Positions 18,500-27,196 of a stretch of 32,000 bases of DNA are shown one piece after another. This DNA is from Patescibacteria group bacterium (lineage in GTDB: Bacteria > Patescibacteriota > Patescibacteriia > 2-01-FULL-39-33). Where the stretch lies: contig JBAZMW010000004.1 in NCBI GenBank assembly GCA_041649575.1, forward strand, positions 60,001 through 92,000, in the 5' to 3' direction. The stretch's first letter is position 1, and every line of letters begins with the position of its first letter. A model generated the notes under the pieces. It saw only the letters and a program-made list of their open reading frames with translations. It was not told where the DNA came from and ran no database searches. A program made the position numbers and the translations under genes.

Positions 18500-19432
18500 T
18501 TAGCGGCGGTAAAATCTGGCTGCCTCTTCGGGAGAGATAGGATTGACGATTAGTCCGGAGCCGATCTCCACTCCTGCCCAAACGGAGCCACGTGGCGTTA
18601 CTTTGAGATAGAGATGTTGATCGTTGTCGTTTATAACTTGATGGAAGTAATAATTATAAGGCAGATTAAGCTGGTTGATTTTATTTAGAACTTTCTTAAG
18701 CATCTTTGCCAGGCTAAAAAATTCAGCTTTTGTAAGCAAGGAGATGTTGTCTACGTGACGTTTGGGCATCAGCCAAATTTCATAGTTGTGCATCGGCGCC
18801 CAAGGGCAAAAAACAAGGAAATTTTTGTCTTCGAAGACGGCGCGCGGACCACGTTTTTCTTTTTTAAGGACATCACAATAAACACATGAGCCATTTTGCA
18901 GCTTATAGTCACGGGTTCGTTGGGATTTGTCCTTTAGGTGCGGCGGCAAGAACTGAGTGGCAAAGATTTGGGAATGGGCGTGCCGCAAGGAAGCGCCGGC
19001 GGCACCCCCGTGGTTTTTAAAAATCAAAATGTATTCGATTTTTTTGTACCGGCTGATGATTTTGGTGCGCTCGGCGTAGATTTCTAATATTTTAACCAGG
19101 TGACTATCAGAGAGATTTTCAACTTCTTGCAAATGATCCGGCGTCTCTATCACAACTTCCTGCCGACCATAGGCGCGGGGATTATCTTTACTAACTGCAG
19201 GAAATTTGTTACGGATGACTTTTATTAACCAGCCTCGGCTTTTTCCGGGCAAAAAGACGGTAGTGATCAACCGGCCCGCTTGGCCGATTTTTGGGGGACA
19301 AAAAATGCAGTTTTTTTCGCCAGTTGAGATTGAAGCTTGAGGCAATTCTAAATCATGAGGCCGTCGGCCGCGTTTGGGCGCGATAATGACGTATTTATTT
19401 TGGATGTAATCTTGGCGAATTTCTGATTTCAT
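18500..19432 (-). CDS. galactose-1-phosphate uridylyltransferase-like protein
   Basis: NCIFCPPKIG and CVYCDVLKKE Cys pairs, FKNHGGAAGASLRHAHSQIFATQFLPP, HNYEIWLMPKRH. GalT/HIT-superfamily architecture; substrate not determinable. Confidence 0.8.
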   Translation of the reverse strand: MKSEIRQDYIQNKYVIIAPKRGRRPHDLELPQASISTGEKNCIFCPPKIGQAGRLITTVFLPGKSRGWLIKVIRNKFPAVSKDNPRAYGRQEVVIETPDHLQEVENLSDSHLVKILEIYAERTKIISRYKKIEYILIFKNHGGAAGASLRHAHSQIFATQFLPPHLKDKSQRTRDYKLQNGSCVYCDVLKKEKRGPRAVFEDKNFLVFCPWAPMHNYEIWLMPKRHVDNISLLTKAEFFSLAKMLKKVLNKINQLNLPYNYYFHQVINDNDQHLYLKVTPRGSVWAGVEIGSGLIVNPISPEEAARFYRR

Positions 19433-19524
19433 CTTTTTATTTACTTAATATATCATTTTTTTCTAAGCTTTTCAATTAAAAAACGTCGATTGATTAAAAT
19501 CGACATTTTTTAATTTTAATCTTA

Positions 19525-19656
19525 TTATTCTACTTCTTCTTCTGACTCTTCGGCATCTGGCTCCGTTTCGTCCCCTTCCTCGCCTTCTCCGTCAGTAAGG
19601 GGATCTAGCTCTGCATCGTCGTCAACCAAAGAGAGATTTTGGATTTCATCCAACAT
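19525..19656 (-). CDS. small highly acidic hypothetical protein
   Basis: Manual translation: MLDEIQNLSLVDDDAELDPLTDGEGEEGDETEPDAEESEEEVE* (43 aa); no strong SD seen. Confidence 0.4.
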   Translation of the reverse strand: MLDEIQNLSLVDDDAELDPLTDGEGEEGDETEPDAEESEEEVE

Positions 19657-19719
19657 ACTTAGTTGTTTATTAATTAAATAACTAACAGTTTCTTTATTAT
19701 AACTTTTTTATAAAAATTG

Positions 19720-20244
19720 TCAAGAGCCAAGTTGGCTGGTAAAATTTTGGTGATTTAGGCCACAAATAGCTATAGCTAGAGCGTCGGCCGCGTCATCCGG
19801 TCGGGGCACCTCCTTTAATCCAAGAATGGCTTTAACCATTAGCTGGATTTGTCTTTTGTCGGCTTGCCCGTAGCCAGTAATTCCTTGTTTGACTTGCAAA
19901 GGGGTAAACTCTTTGATTAAGAGATGGTTTTTTTCGCCAACCAAGAGGATCACTCCGCGGGCTTGCCCGACCATAAGGGCGGTTTTGACATTTTTGCAGA
20001 AGAAGAGCTGCTCGACGGCCAACAGTGTTGGCCGGTAAACTTTTATCAACTTGGTTAGTTCTCGTTCCAGACTTTCTAGGCGTTTGGCCAACTCTAAACC
20101 CTTTTTGGTTTTGATGGAGCCATAAGCCAGAAGAGTTAGCTGATTTTGTCTCTGGCTGATAAGACCATAACCAGTATCGGCTATTCCCGGATCGATGCCC
20201 AGAACAATGGAATTGGTTTTACCAGCTGGCATTGGTGTAGACAT
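19720..20244 (-). CDS. ruvC: crossover junction endodeoxyribonuclease RuvC
   Basis: IVLGIDPGIADTGYGLI, LLAVEQLFFCKNVKTALMVGQARGVILL, and RPDDAADALAIAICGLNH. An alternative start at 20235 would reduce the overlap with yebC. Confidence 0.95.
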   Translation of the reverse strand: MSTPMPAGKTNSIVLGIDPGIADTGYGLISQRQNQLTLLAYGSIKTKKGLELAKRLESLERELTKLIKVYRPTLLAVEQLFFCKNVKTALMVGQARGVILLVGEKNHLLIKEFTPLQVKQGITGYGQADKRQIQLMVKAILGLKEVPRPDDAADALAIAICGLNHQNFTSQLGS

Positions 20245-20953
20245 TGCTTATTTCATCATAATCACTTAAAGCGTCATATAATTGGGAAATTTTGTTTTGC
20301 ATTTCTGAATCAGAGACAATCAGTTTGTCTTTGGGGGCATAGACCAAGCCGGATTCAGCCGGGTTTATTCCTAATTTTTTTAGGGCCTCGTTAATTTTTA
20401 ACAGCTCTTGGCTGGCGGTATAAATTTCCCAGTCAGCATCATTTTTTGTGATATCCAGAGCGCCCAGATCGATAAATTGGAGCTCAAGCTCATCGGGTTT
20501 TTTGTTGGACAATTGGTCAAGGCCCACGACAAGCAGGCCGCATCTTTCAAACATCCATAAAACACTATTGGGAGCACCCAGTTGGCCACCATTTTTATTC
20601 AGAATGTTCTTGAGCTGCGCCACGGTTCGGTTTTTGTTATCGGTAATGGCCTCGACAATAAAAGCGCTGCCGCCGGGACCAAATATTTCATAGGTCACTT
20701 CCTCCAGGGCGCTGTCGCCGCTGGTCAAGCCAGCGCCTCTACTAATTGCTCGTTCGATGTTGTCTTTTGGCATGTTGGCTTCACGAGCCTTATCAATCGC
20801 CAGGCGCAGTTTAAAGTTGCTATTAGTATCAGAACCGCCTTCTTTAGTGGCGATGGTTATGAGGTTGGCTAACTTGGTAAAAATAGCACCTCGTTTGGCG
20901 TCTTGGGCCGATTTTTGGCGGTGGGTGGTGGCCCACTTACTGTGTCCGGACAT
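20219..20953 (-). CDS. yebC: YebC/PmpR-family protein
   Basis: MSGHSKWATTHRQKSAQDAKRGAIFTKLANLITIATKEGG and KDNIERAISRGAG...YEIFGPGGSAFIVEAITDNKNRT. Confidence 0.95.
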   Translation of the reverse strand: MSGHSKWATTHRQKSAQDAKRGAIFTKLANLITIATKEGGSDTNSNFKLRLAIDKAREANMPKDNIERAISRGAGLTSGDSALEEVTYEIFGPGGSAFIVEAITDNKNRTVAQLKNILNKNGGQLGAPNSVLWMFERCGLLVVGLDQLSNKKPDELELQFIDLGALDITKNDADWEIYTASQELLKINEALKKLGINPAESGLVYAPKDKLIVSDSEMQNKISQLYDALSDYDEISNVYTNASW

Positions 20954-21086
20954 AAAGGTTAAAAAATTTGATGAAGATTATTGATTAATATACCCCATTG
21001 AAGCCAAAAAAGCAACCAAAAATAATTTTGTCATTAGGGGTGATTTCTGTTAAAATGTAATCAATTAATAGCTAAACTAAAAAGCA

Positions 21087-22160
21087 ATGAAAAATTTTTT
21101 AGACGATATTGACGAATTAAAAAAGTATAACCAATTGAAAGAAACAGAATCGGTAGCTTTTTTGCCGGAGCAGCTGCTAGATTCGTGGCAATCGGCTAAA
21201 GTGACCGCCCTTAAGATTACTCCCCAGAAGTTTAACAATCTGGCCGTTTGCGGTATGGGCGGATCAAATTTGGCCTCGGAAATAATCAGAGGCGTTTATA
21301 GCGAACAGCTGGAACAGCCATTAATTTTAATCAGAAACTATGGTTTGCCAAAATGTATTAAGATTGGCAGTTTGGTGATTATTTCCAGTTATTCCGGTAA
21401 TACCGAAGAAACTATCAGTTGTTTTTTGGAGGCCAAAAAGAGAAAAGCCAAAATAGTTTGTATTTCCAGCGGCGGCCGGTTGGAAGCCTTGGCCAAGAAG
21501 ACTAAAACGCCATTTTTCAAGTTAAACAGCAGATACAATCCATCGAAACAGCCGCGCTATGGCCTGGGCTTGCAGTTAATGGCAGTTTTAGTAATTTTTT
21601 GCAAATTAAAATTGATTAAAATCGGTGACCGGGAGGTGATTGGCCTGGCCAGGCACCTTAAAGGATTGGATCGGTCTTTGGGTTGGGCGGCAAAAACCGA
21701 TATTAATCCAGCCAAGCAGGCGGCGATCTTTTTGAAAGGCAGTGTGCCTTTGGTGGTAGGCTCTGGTTTTTTGGCAGCCAACGCTCATATTCTGGCCAAT
21801 CAACTTAACGAGAGCGCCAAGGTTTTGGCCTATCCTTACCTGTTGCCAGAATTAAACCACCATTTATTAGATGGTCTGATGTTGCCACCAGCCAGCGCCA
21901 GACAAATAAAATTTTTATTTTTTAATTCCAATCAGCTCCACCCCCGGATCCAAAAGAGATATAAGATTACGCAAAAAATATTAAAAAAGCAAAAAATAGA
22001 GTTTATGGAATATCTGCTTGCCAGTGACGAAAAGCTGGCTTCGAGCCTGGAAATTCTATTTTTTGGGTCTTACCTAAGCTTTTATCTGGCGGTTTTAAAT
22101 CAGCAAGAGCCGGCCGCGGTGCCCTGGGTCGACTATCTTAAGGCGGAATTAAAAAAATAA
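21087..22160 (+). CDS. bifunctional phosphoglucose/phosphomannose isomerase-like SIS-domain protein
   Basis: LAVCGMGGSNLASEIIRGVY..., LVIISSYSGNTEETISCFLEAKKRKAKIVCISSGGRLE, LPGxx-like ending with LLPELNHHLLDGL and NQQEPAAVPWVDYLKAEL. Confidence 0.85.
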   Translation: MKNFLDDIDELKKYNQLKETESVAFLPEQLLDSWQSAKVTALKITPQKFNNLAVCGMGGSNLASEIIRGVYSEQLEQPLILIRNYGLPKCIKIGSLVIISSYSGNTEETISCFLEAKKRKAKIVCISSGGRLEALAKKTKTPFFKLNSRYNPSKQPRYGLGLQLMAVLVIFCKLKLIKIGDREVIGLARHLKGLDRSLGWAAKTDINPAKQAAIFLKGSVPLVVGSGFLAANAHILANQLNESAKVLAYPYLLPELNHHLLDGLMLPPASARQIKFLFFNSNQLHPRIQKRYKITQKILKKQKIEFMEYLLASDEKLASSLEILFFGSYLSFYLAVLNQQEPAAVPWVDYLKAELKK

Positions 22161-22181
22161 TTAAGCCGGAAATTATTTTTG

Positions 22182-22201
22182 GCGGGGTTTGCAAACCCCG
22201 C
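22182..22201 (+). terminator. probable terminator (perfect 20-nt palindrome)
   Basis: GCGGGGTTTGCAAACCCCGC followed by TAATTTTGTT. Confidence 0.7.
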
Positions 22202-22235
22202 TAATTTTGTTATAGTTGGTTTATAAAAATTATTT

Positions 22236-23879
22236 ATGTTTTTAGGTATTTTCATTAGAGTCAACAGGTGGTTAGAGCAAAATAATTTACTGGCATATTT
22301 AATAATATTTTTGATTTGTCTGGTCGTTTTTTCTTGGTTGCAGTATGCCCCAGTCTTTCCCGATCCAGACTCTTTTTATCATGTTAAACTAAGCCAACTA
22401 ATGGGGCAGGGTGGGATCATAAAAAGTTTTCCTTATCAGCAATTCACGATTTTAAAAGATGGTTATATTGATCATCATTTTTTGTATCATCTGTTTTTGG
22501 TGCCCTTTGTCACCTATTTGCCCTCACCGCTCGGTGGCAAGTTGCTTCAGGTGATTTTGGATTCTTTGTTGGTTTTGACTTTTTTTTGGTTGTTAAAAAA
22601 GTTTAAGATCAGGGGAGCTTTTTGGTATGTTTGGTTGTTGTTTCTGGGAACGACTTTTATTTTTCGTATCAGTCTAGTCAAAGCCCAGCCCTTGTCTATC
22701 ATCATTCTCTTTTTAGGCGTCTATCTGATTCTGAGTCGTCGTTATTTTAAGCTTATGGCTCTGGCTTTTGTTTACGTTTGGGCCTACGGCGGCTGGTTTT
22801 TGCTATTAATTCTAACTTTGATTTATATTTTCACTGTGGCTCTAAATCAGGCCGTAAAAGAAACAGACGTCGGTCGAGTTAGAAAAATTTTGATAAAAAC
22901 CGGCTGGCTAAAAAGAAGGTGGCTGCTTAATTTTGTTAAGGGCTTGATAAACGGTTTGTTTAAGGCCGACAATTTTAAGCTGCTGGCCAGCGTGGCTGGC
23001 GGTTTATTGCTGGGAGTTGTCATTAATCCTTATTTCCCGCAAAATCTGAATTTTTATTGGGTGCAAATAGTTCAAATTGGTTTGGCTAATTACCAGCATC
23101 TTATTGGTGTCGGCGCGGAGTGGTATCCTTATAGTTTCCCGGATTTTTTAAAGAATTTAGCCGTACCGCTCGTCTTGGCGCTGCTGGCTTTAGTCTTGTA
23201 TCTCGATTATTATAAAAAATACAGCGTGGCAGTAAAATATTTGAGTTTTATTTTCTTATTTTTTTTGATAGCCACCATTAAATCCAGAAGGAACATCGAG
23301 TATCTGGTGCCTTTTTGCTTGTTGTTCGTCGCTATGGTTTTTAGCGCCGCCAGCCAACTGAAAGAAGTAAAAGGAGCTTTGGCGGTTTTTAGAGAGAGAA
23401 TTTGGCAGACCCTTTTTATTAAACAATCGGTCAATCTCTTGCTAATAGCGGCGTTAGTGCTGCTGTTCGCCAATTCGCTTTTGGGGGTCAAAAGCAGCTT
23501 AAGTCGCGGCTGGAATTTTAATTATTTGCAGGCGCCGTCCGAGTACCTAAAAAACAATTCTCAAACAGGCGACATCGTTTTTACCAGTGATTGGGACGAA
23601 TTTACGGTGCTTTTTTATCATAACGATAAGAATTATTATCTAAATGGGCTGGACCCGACCTTCATGTATTTGTATAATAAAGACCTCTATCGCCAGTGGC
23701 GCGACATTACCGAGGGCAAGAGATCGGGGGAAATTTACGAGATTATAAAAAATAATTTTCGGGCCAAATACGTTTTGGTTTCCCAGGGCCATACGGCCAT
23801 GGAGAATAACTTGGATAATAATTTTCGTTTTAAAAGAGTTTATCAGGATAAAGAAGCCACTCTTTATCAGGTTTTATGA
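22236..23879 (+). CDS. multi-pass GT-C-like membrane glycosyltransferase (STT3/Dol-P-Man-dependent type)
   Basis: About a dozen hydrophobic segments; YAPVFPDPDSFYHVKLSQLM carries a luminal DxD-like motif placed as in GT-C enzymes; translationally coupled to a GT2 gene. Confidence 0.65.
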   Translation: MFLGIFIRVNRWLEQNNLLAYLIIFLICLVVFSWLQYAPVFPDPDSFYHVKLSQLMGQGGIIKSFPYQQFTILKDGYIDHHFLYHLFLVPFVTYLPSPLGGKLLQVILDSLLVLTFFWLLKKFKIRGAFWYVWLLFLGTTFIFRISLVKAQPLSIIILFLGVYLILSRRYFKLMALAFVYVWAYGGWFLLLILTLIYIFTVALNQAVKETDVGRVRKILIKTGWLKRRWLLNFVKGLINGLFKADNFKLLASVAGGLLLGVVINPYFPQNLNFYWVQIVQIGLANYQHLIGVGAEWYPYSFPDFLKNLAVPLVLALLALVLYLDYYKKYSVAVKYLSFIFLFFLIATIKSRRNIEYLVPFCLLFVAMVFSAASQLKEVKGALAVFRERIWQTLFIKQSVNLLLIAALVLLFANSLLGVKSSLSRGWNFNYLQAPSEYLKNNSQTGDIVFTSDWDEFTVLFYHNDKNYYLNGLDPTFMYLYNKDLYRQWRDITEGKRSGEIYEIIKNNFRAKYVLVSQGHTAMENNLDNNFRFKRVYQDKEATLYQVL

Positions 23880-24607
23880 AAATTTTAATTGTCTTTCCGG
23901 TTTATAACGAGCAGCTGATTGTGGAGAAGAGTGTCAGACAAACGCTGGATTTTTGTCGAGGAAATTTTTGCTCCGATCGGTTCAAAATCGTGGTGGCCGA
24001 CAACAATTCAACCGACAAGACGGCGGAAGTGGTTAAGGGGCTGGTCGGGGAAACAGCCGAACTGGAGTATTTTTTCATTCCGGAGAAAGGCAAGGGTCTG
24101 GCTTGGCGTAGCGTTTTTTTGCAAGAGACGGCCGACATTTATATTTTTATGGATGTTGATCTGGCGGTGGCTCTCGAGGATCTTAAATCTCTAGTGGCAG
24201 GAATAAAATCGGGCTATGCTTTGGTAATCGGTTCGAGATTTTTGGCAGCGGCCAAGGTGGAGCGATCTTTTTTGAGAAGCTTGGTTTCTTTCACTTATCG
24301 TTTTTTGGTGCGGCTGATGCTGAAAAGTAAAATTAGCGATTTTCCTTGCGGCTTCAAAGCCTTAAACCAAACAATCAAAGAAAAGGTTTTGCCTCTGACG
24401 CAGGACAAACTGTTTTTTTTGGACACGGAGCTGGTGGTGCTGGCCGAAAAAATGGGTTACCGGATCAAAGAGGTGCCGGTTAACTGGTCGCAGTTTCGCG
24501 ATCTGGCCAGGAAGAGCACAGTTAATATTATGGAAACCGCTGTCGAGTATTTTGTAAAAATCTGGCGGTTAAGAAAAAGGATAAACAATTTATCAGAACG
24601 TCGCTGA
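23876..24607 (+). CDS. family 2 glycosyltransferase, polyprenyl-phosphate hexosyltransferase-like
   Basis: MKILIVFPVYNEQLIVEKSVRQ..., IVVADNNSTDKTAEVV, DIYIFMDVDLAVALEDL, DFPCGFKALNQ, FFLDTELVVLAEKMGYRIKEVPVNW; ATGA overlap with the upstream gene. Confidence 0.88.
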   Translation: MKILIVFPVYNEQLIVEKSVRQTLDFCRGNFCSDRFKIVVADNNSTDKTAEVVKGLVGETAELEYFFIPEKGKGLAWRSVFLQETADIYIFMDVDLAVALEDLKSLVAGIKSGYALVIGSRFLAAAKVERSFLRSLVSFTYRFLVRLMLKSKISDFPCGFKALNQTIKEKVLPLTQDKLFFLDTELVVLAEKMGYRIKEVPVNWSQFRDLARKSTVNIMETAVEYFVKIWRLRKRINNLSERR

Positions 24608-24624
24608 AGTCAGCGGCGTTTTTT
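24597..24624 (+). terminator. Rho-independent terminator
   Basis: AACGTCGCTG-AAGT-CAGCGGCGTTTTTT overlapping the end of the GT2 CDS. Confidence 0.8.
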
Positions 24625-24629
24625 GGCTA

Positions 24630-24658
24630 TTGACATTTTGGGTTATTTTTGGAATAAT
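24630..24658 (+). promoter_or_regulatory. sigma70-type promoter for lipoprotein cassette
   Basis: TTGACA (24630-24635), 17-nt spacer, AATAAT (24653-24658). Confidence 0.65.
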
Positions 24659-24723
24659 GGAGCGTTACCCTGGAGGTAATGAACATTGGTCAACAAATCC
24701 CCTTTTCGGGGTATGGGAGAGCG

Positions 24724-25311
24724 ATGATGAACAGGAACAGGCAAGCGGTATTTCTGGTGATTTTGGCGGTTGCGGCGGCTGGGTGTTCGACGACGGTCAG
24801 TCCCAACGGCTATCGTAGGGACTTTCTGACTTTCGGCGGCGAGCGGTATCAGAAGTACCAAGACCCGCGGCTGGAGGCGAATTCCGGAGTCGTGGCTTAC
24901 AGTGGCATTAACGGCCCAAGCGGTCCATACGCGGCCGCGTTGGCAGTCGGCAGTATCTCCGACCCGGCGGCGCGGCGTGATGCGGCCGAGACCATAAAGA
25001 GCGTGGCCGAGAATGAAGGAGCCTATGGCGGCGGACGAGCGGCCGGTGGCTACCGCGGCTATCACGGCGGGTTTAGACAGTTGGGCTATCTGCTCAACAA
25101 CAGCAACGAAACGCGTTTTGTCAGTGTTGACGGCAGCCGGCCGATCGAGGTGCTGCCTTGGCGCAAGTTGTTTCTGGAGCTGCTGCCCGGCGACCACCAG
25201 CTGGTGGTGACAAGCCGGAGCGGCGCTTTCATCAAGGAACGGTCTTTCGTCGTGAATGAGGAAAGGCGCGATGCGCCCGATCACCTCCACGATTGGATGC
25301 AGAACATTTAG
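24724..25311 (+). CDS. small lipoprotein with Gly/Tyr-rich central segment, unknown function
   Basis: Preferred start at ATG 24724 within ORF 24679-25311. MMNRNRQAVFLVILAVAAAGC gives a signal peptide with lipobox-like AAAGC. Own promoter and downstream hairpin. Confidence 0.7.
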   Translation: MMNRNRQAVFLVILAVAAAGCSTTVSPNGYRRDFLTFGGERYQKYQDPRLEANSGVVAYSGINGPSGPYAAALAVGSISDPAARRDAAETIKSVAENEGAYGGGRAAGGYRGYHGGFRQLGYLLNNSNETRFVSVDGSRPIEVLPWRKLFLELLPGDHQLVVTSRSGAFIKERSFVVNEERRDAPDHLHDWMQNI

Positions 25312-25348
25312 GGGGAGTGTAAACAGGCACAAGAACAAAAGGGACGCG

Positions 25349-25378
25349 AGATCTCGGAAATCGCGCCCCTTGAAATTT
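25349..25378 (+). terminator. probable terminator
   Basis: GGGACGCGA...TCGCGCCCC imperfect stem followed by TTGAAATTTTT. Confidence 0.5.
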
Positions 25379-25393
25379 TTATTACAGACGAGA

Positions 25394-25807
25394 TTAAGGC
25401 GTACCTGTTCCAGTAGAGGCTCTGTTTAGCTGATCGACGATAAAATAAGAGATGGAGTAGGAAGCTAAGACGATCACTAGTCCAATGGTAGCGGCGATAA
25501 TAATATCTTTGGCTTTTTTGACTTTTCCATCGTCGCCGCTAGCGATCATCCAGATGAAGCCGGCATAGATAATAAGCATGATGAAGATGACGCCGAGAAT
25601 TCCCAAGGCTACGCCGATTATTCTGCCGACAGCGATAGGCAGAGCGTTTTCACTGGCGTCGCCGCCCAGGCCGGAATTTTCTTTGACGGTATTAAGTTTG
25701 TCTAACATGCCGGTACTGGCCAAGGAGACGGCCGGCAGGCAAAACAAAGACATGACTACCAGCAAAACGATCGCGATGACGATTTTTTTTATTAATATTT
25801 TTTTCAT
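25394..25807 (-). CDS. T4SS-pilin-like small membrane protein, paralog 1
   Basis: Signal-peptide-like start, then two hydrophobic helices around IIYAGFIWMIASGDDGKVKKAKDIIIAATIGLVIVLASYSISYFIV (TrbC/VirB2 or T4SS_pilin-like layout). Confidence 0.75.
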   Translation of the reverse strand: MKKILIKKIVIAIVLLVVMSLFCLPAVSLASTGMLDKLNTVKENSGLGGDASENALPIAVGRIIGVALGILGVIFIMLIIYAGFIWMIASGDDGKVKKAKDIIIAATIGLVIVLASYSISYFIVDQLNRASTGTGTP

Positions 25808-25839
25808 AAGTTGGTGTCGACTTTAATTATTTAGGTTGT

Positions 25840-26220
25840 TTATTTGATTCCCATGGCCGACATGACAAAAATTGTGATGCTGTAAGAGGCCAAGACAATT
25901 ACTAGTCCAATGGTAGCGGCAATGATGATATCTTTAGCTTTTTTAATTTTGCTTTCTTCGCCCGAAGCGGTCATCCACAGGAAACCGGCATAAATTATAA
26001 GGATGATAAAGATGACGGCCAGCATGGACAAAAGGGCGCTGATCATCTGGCCGACCACCACTTCAATGGTTCCAGATTTTTTAAGGGCATCAGGCGCAGC
26101 CGAGTCGAGGCCGGCCACTGGTGTTAAATCGGCTGCCAGCGAAAGAGAAGGAAAAATTAAAAAGGCCAAGAGAAACAGGAAGACTATTATTTTTTTTGAT
26201 TTTAGACAAGAGAAGTTCAT
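25840..26220 (-). CDS. T4SS-pilin-like small membrane protein, paralog 2
   Basis: Preferred start ATG 26220 (MNFSCLKSKKIIVFLFLLAFLIFPSLSLA) inside ORF 25840-26274. Core IIYAGFLWMTASGEESKIKKAKDIIIAATIGLVIVLASYSITIFVM nearly matches paralog 1. Confidence 0.75.
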   Translation of the reverse strand: MNFSCLKSKKIIVFLFLLAFLIFPSLSLAADLTPVAGLDSAAPDALKKSGTIEVVVGQMISALLSMLAVIFIILIIYAGFLWMTASGEESKIKKAKDIIIAATIGLVIVLASYSITIFVMSAMGIK

Positions 26221-26285
26221 GGAGTGTTTGGCGGTTGAAATTGGAACGGGGAAGGGGTAGGCCCCTTCCCCCACAACTATTTACT

Positions 26286-26672
26286 TTATGGATTGCCAGC
26301 GCCAGTAGCAGTAGCAATTTGACTGATGACGAAGGCGGCGATAGCCCAGGCCGCCAAGATAATCACTAAACCGATAATGCCGGAATAAATTAATTTTTTG
26401 GCTTTCTCAACTTTTTCATCAGCACCAGCGGCGGTCATCCAAATGAAACCGCCCCAGAGGATCAAGAGAACAGCGATAATACCCAAAATTCCCAAAATCG
26501 CATTAATAGCTAAAGAGATGGTCTCGGTCAGGTCTTGTTTGCCTAGCTGGACGTTCTCGAGGTTATTTAAGCCGAAGTTCGTATCAGCCGGACTAGCCAG
26601 AACCACTGCCGGCAAAGCGAAAGCTGTCAAAGCGGCGACTGCCAGTAAAGTTCCGATAATTCTTTTTTTCAT
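26286..26672 (-). CDS. T4SS-pilin-like small membrane protein, paralog 3
   Basis: MKKRIIGTLLAVAALTAFALPAVVLA signal; ILWGGFIWMTAAGADEKVEKAKKLIYSGIIGLVIILAAWAIAAFVI. Confidence 0.75.
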   Translation of the reverse strand: MKKRIIGTLLAVAALTAFALPAVVLASPADTNFGLNNLENVQLGKQDLTETISLAINAILGILGIIAVLLILWGGFIWMTAAGADEKVEKAKKLIYSGIIGLVIILAAWAIAAFVISQIATATGAGNP

Positions 26673-26782
26673 TATTTCACCCCCTTTCTATATCGCGCTT
26701 ATTTTATGAAATTTAACGCGAGATTTATTTTTTATTTGACTGACTTTATTATAGCATATTTGGCCATTAGTCAGACTAGCAG

Positions 26783-27196
26783 TTATCCACCAAAGCAGGG
26801 GCCTGTTTGATTTAGAGCCGGAATACTGCTGTTGCCGTAAATGGCGCCAATGGCCACGCTGATTAAGGTATAAGCTAGAAAAATAATGACAAGGCCAATA
26901 ACGGTGGCGATAATAACCCCCCTACCCGATTGAATTTGCGATTCTTTGCCGTAGGCGGTGAGCCAGAGTAGCCCGCCGTAGATAAACATCAGTAGCGCAA
27001 TAGTGCCGCTTAGGCCGGTAATCAAGTCGGCGGCTTTGACCAGGACGGTGATGATGTCGCAGGGATTACAGTTTTCGGCGGTGCCGCTGCAATTTTCCGG
27101 GATTAATCCGTCAGCCAAGGCTGGGCCGACAAAAGCCGAGACGGCGAGCGCAGTCAAAACAAAAATTAAGAGCAGCTTAGATTTGGTCTTCTTCAT
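26783..27196 (-). CDS. T4SS-pilin-like small membrane protein, paralog 4 (Cys-rich variant)
   Basis: Signal peptide; FIYGGLLWLTAYGKESQIQSGRGVIIATVIGLVIIFLAYTLISVAI; extra cysteines in NCSGTAENCNPC and GPCFGG. Confidence 0.68.
   Translation of the reverse strand: MKKTKSKLLLIFVLTALAVSAFVGPALADGLIPENCSGTAENCNPCDIITVLVKAADLITGLSGTIALLMFIYGGLLWLTAYGKESQIQSGRGVIIATVIGLVIIFLAYTLISVAIGAIYGNSSIPALNQTGPCFGG

Noticed and set aside
24643-25338. 231-aa minus-strand ORF opposite the lipoprotein gene
   Set aside because: It is longer than the plus ORF, but the composition is unnatural for a membrane or soluble protein. The plus frame has promoter, SD, signal peptide with lipobox and terminator; the open antisense frame is expected in GC-rich DNA.
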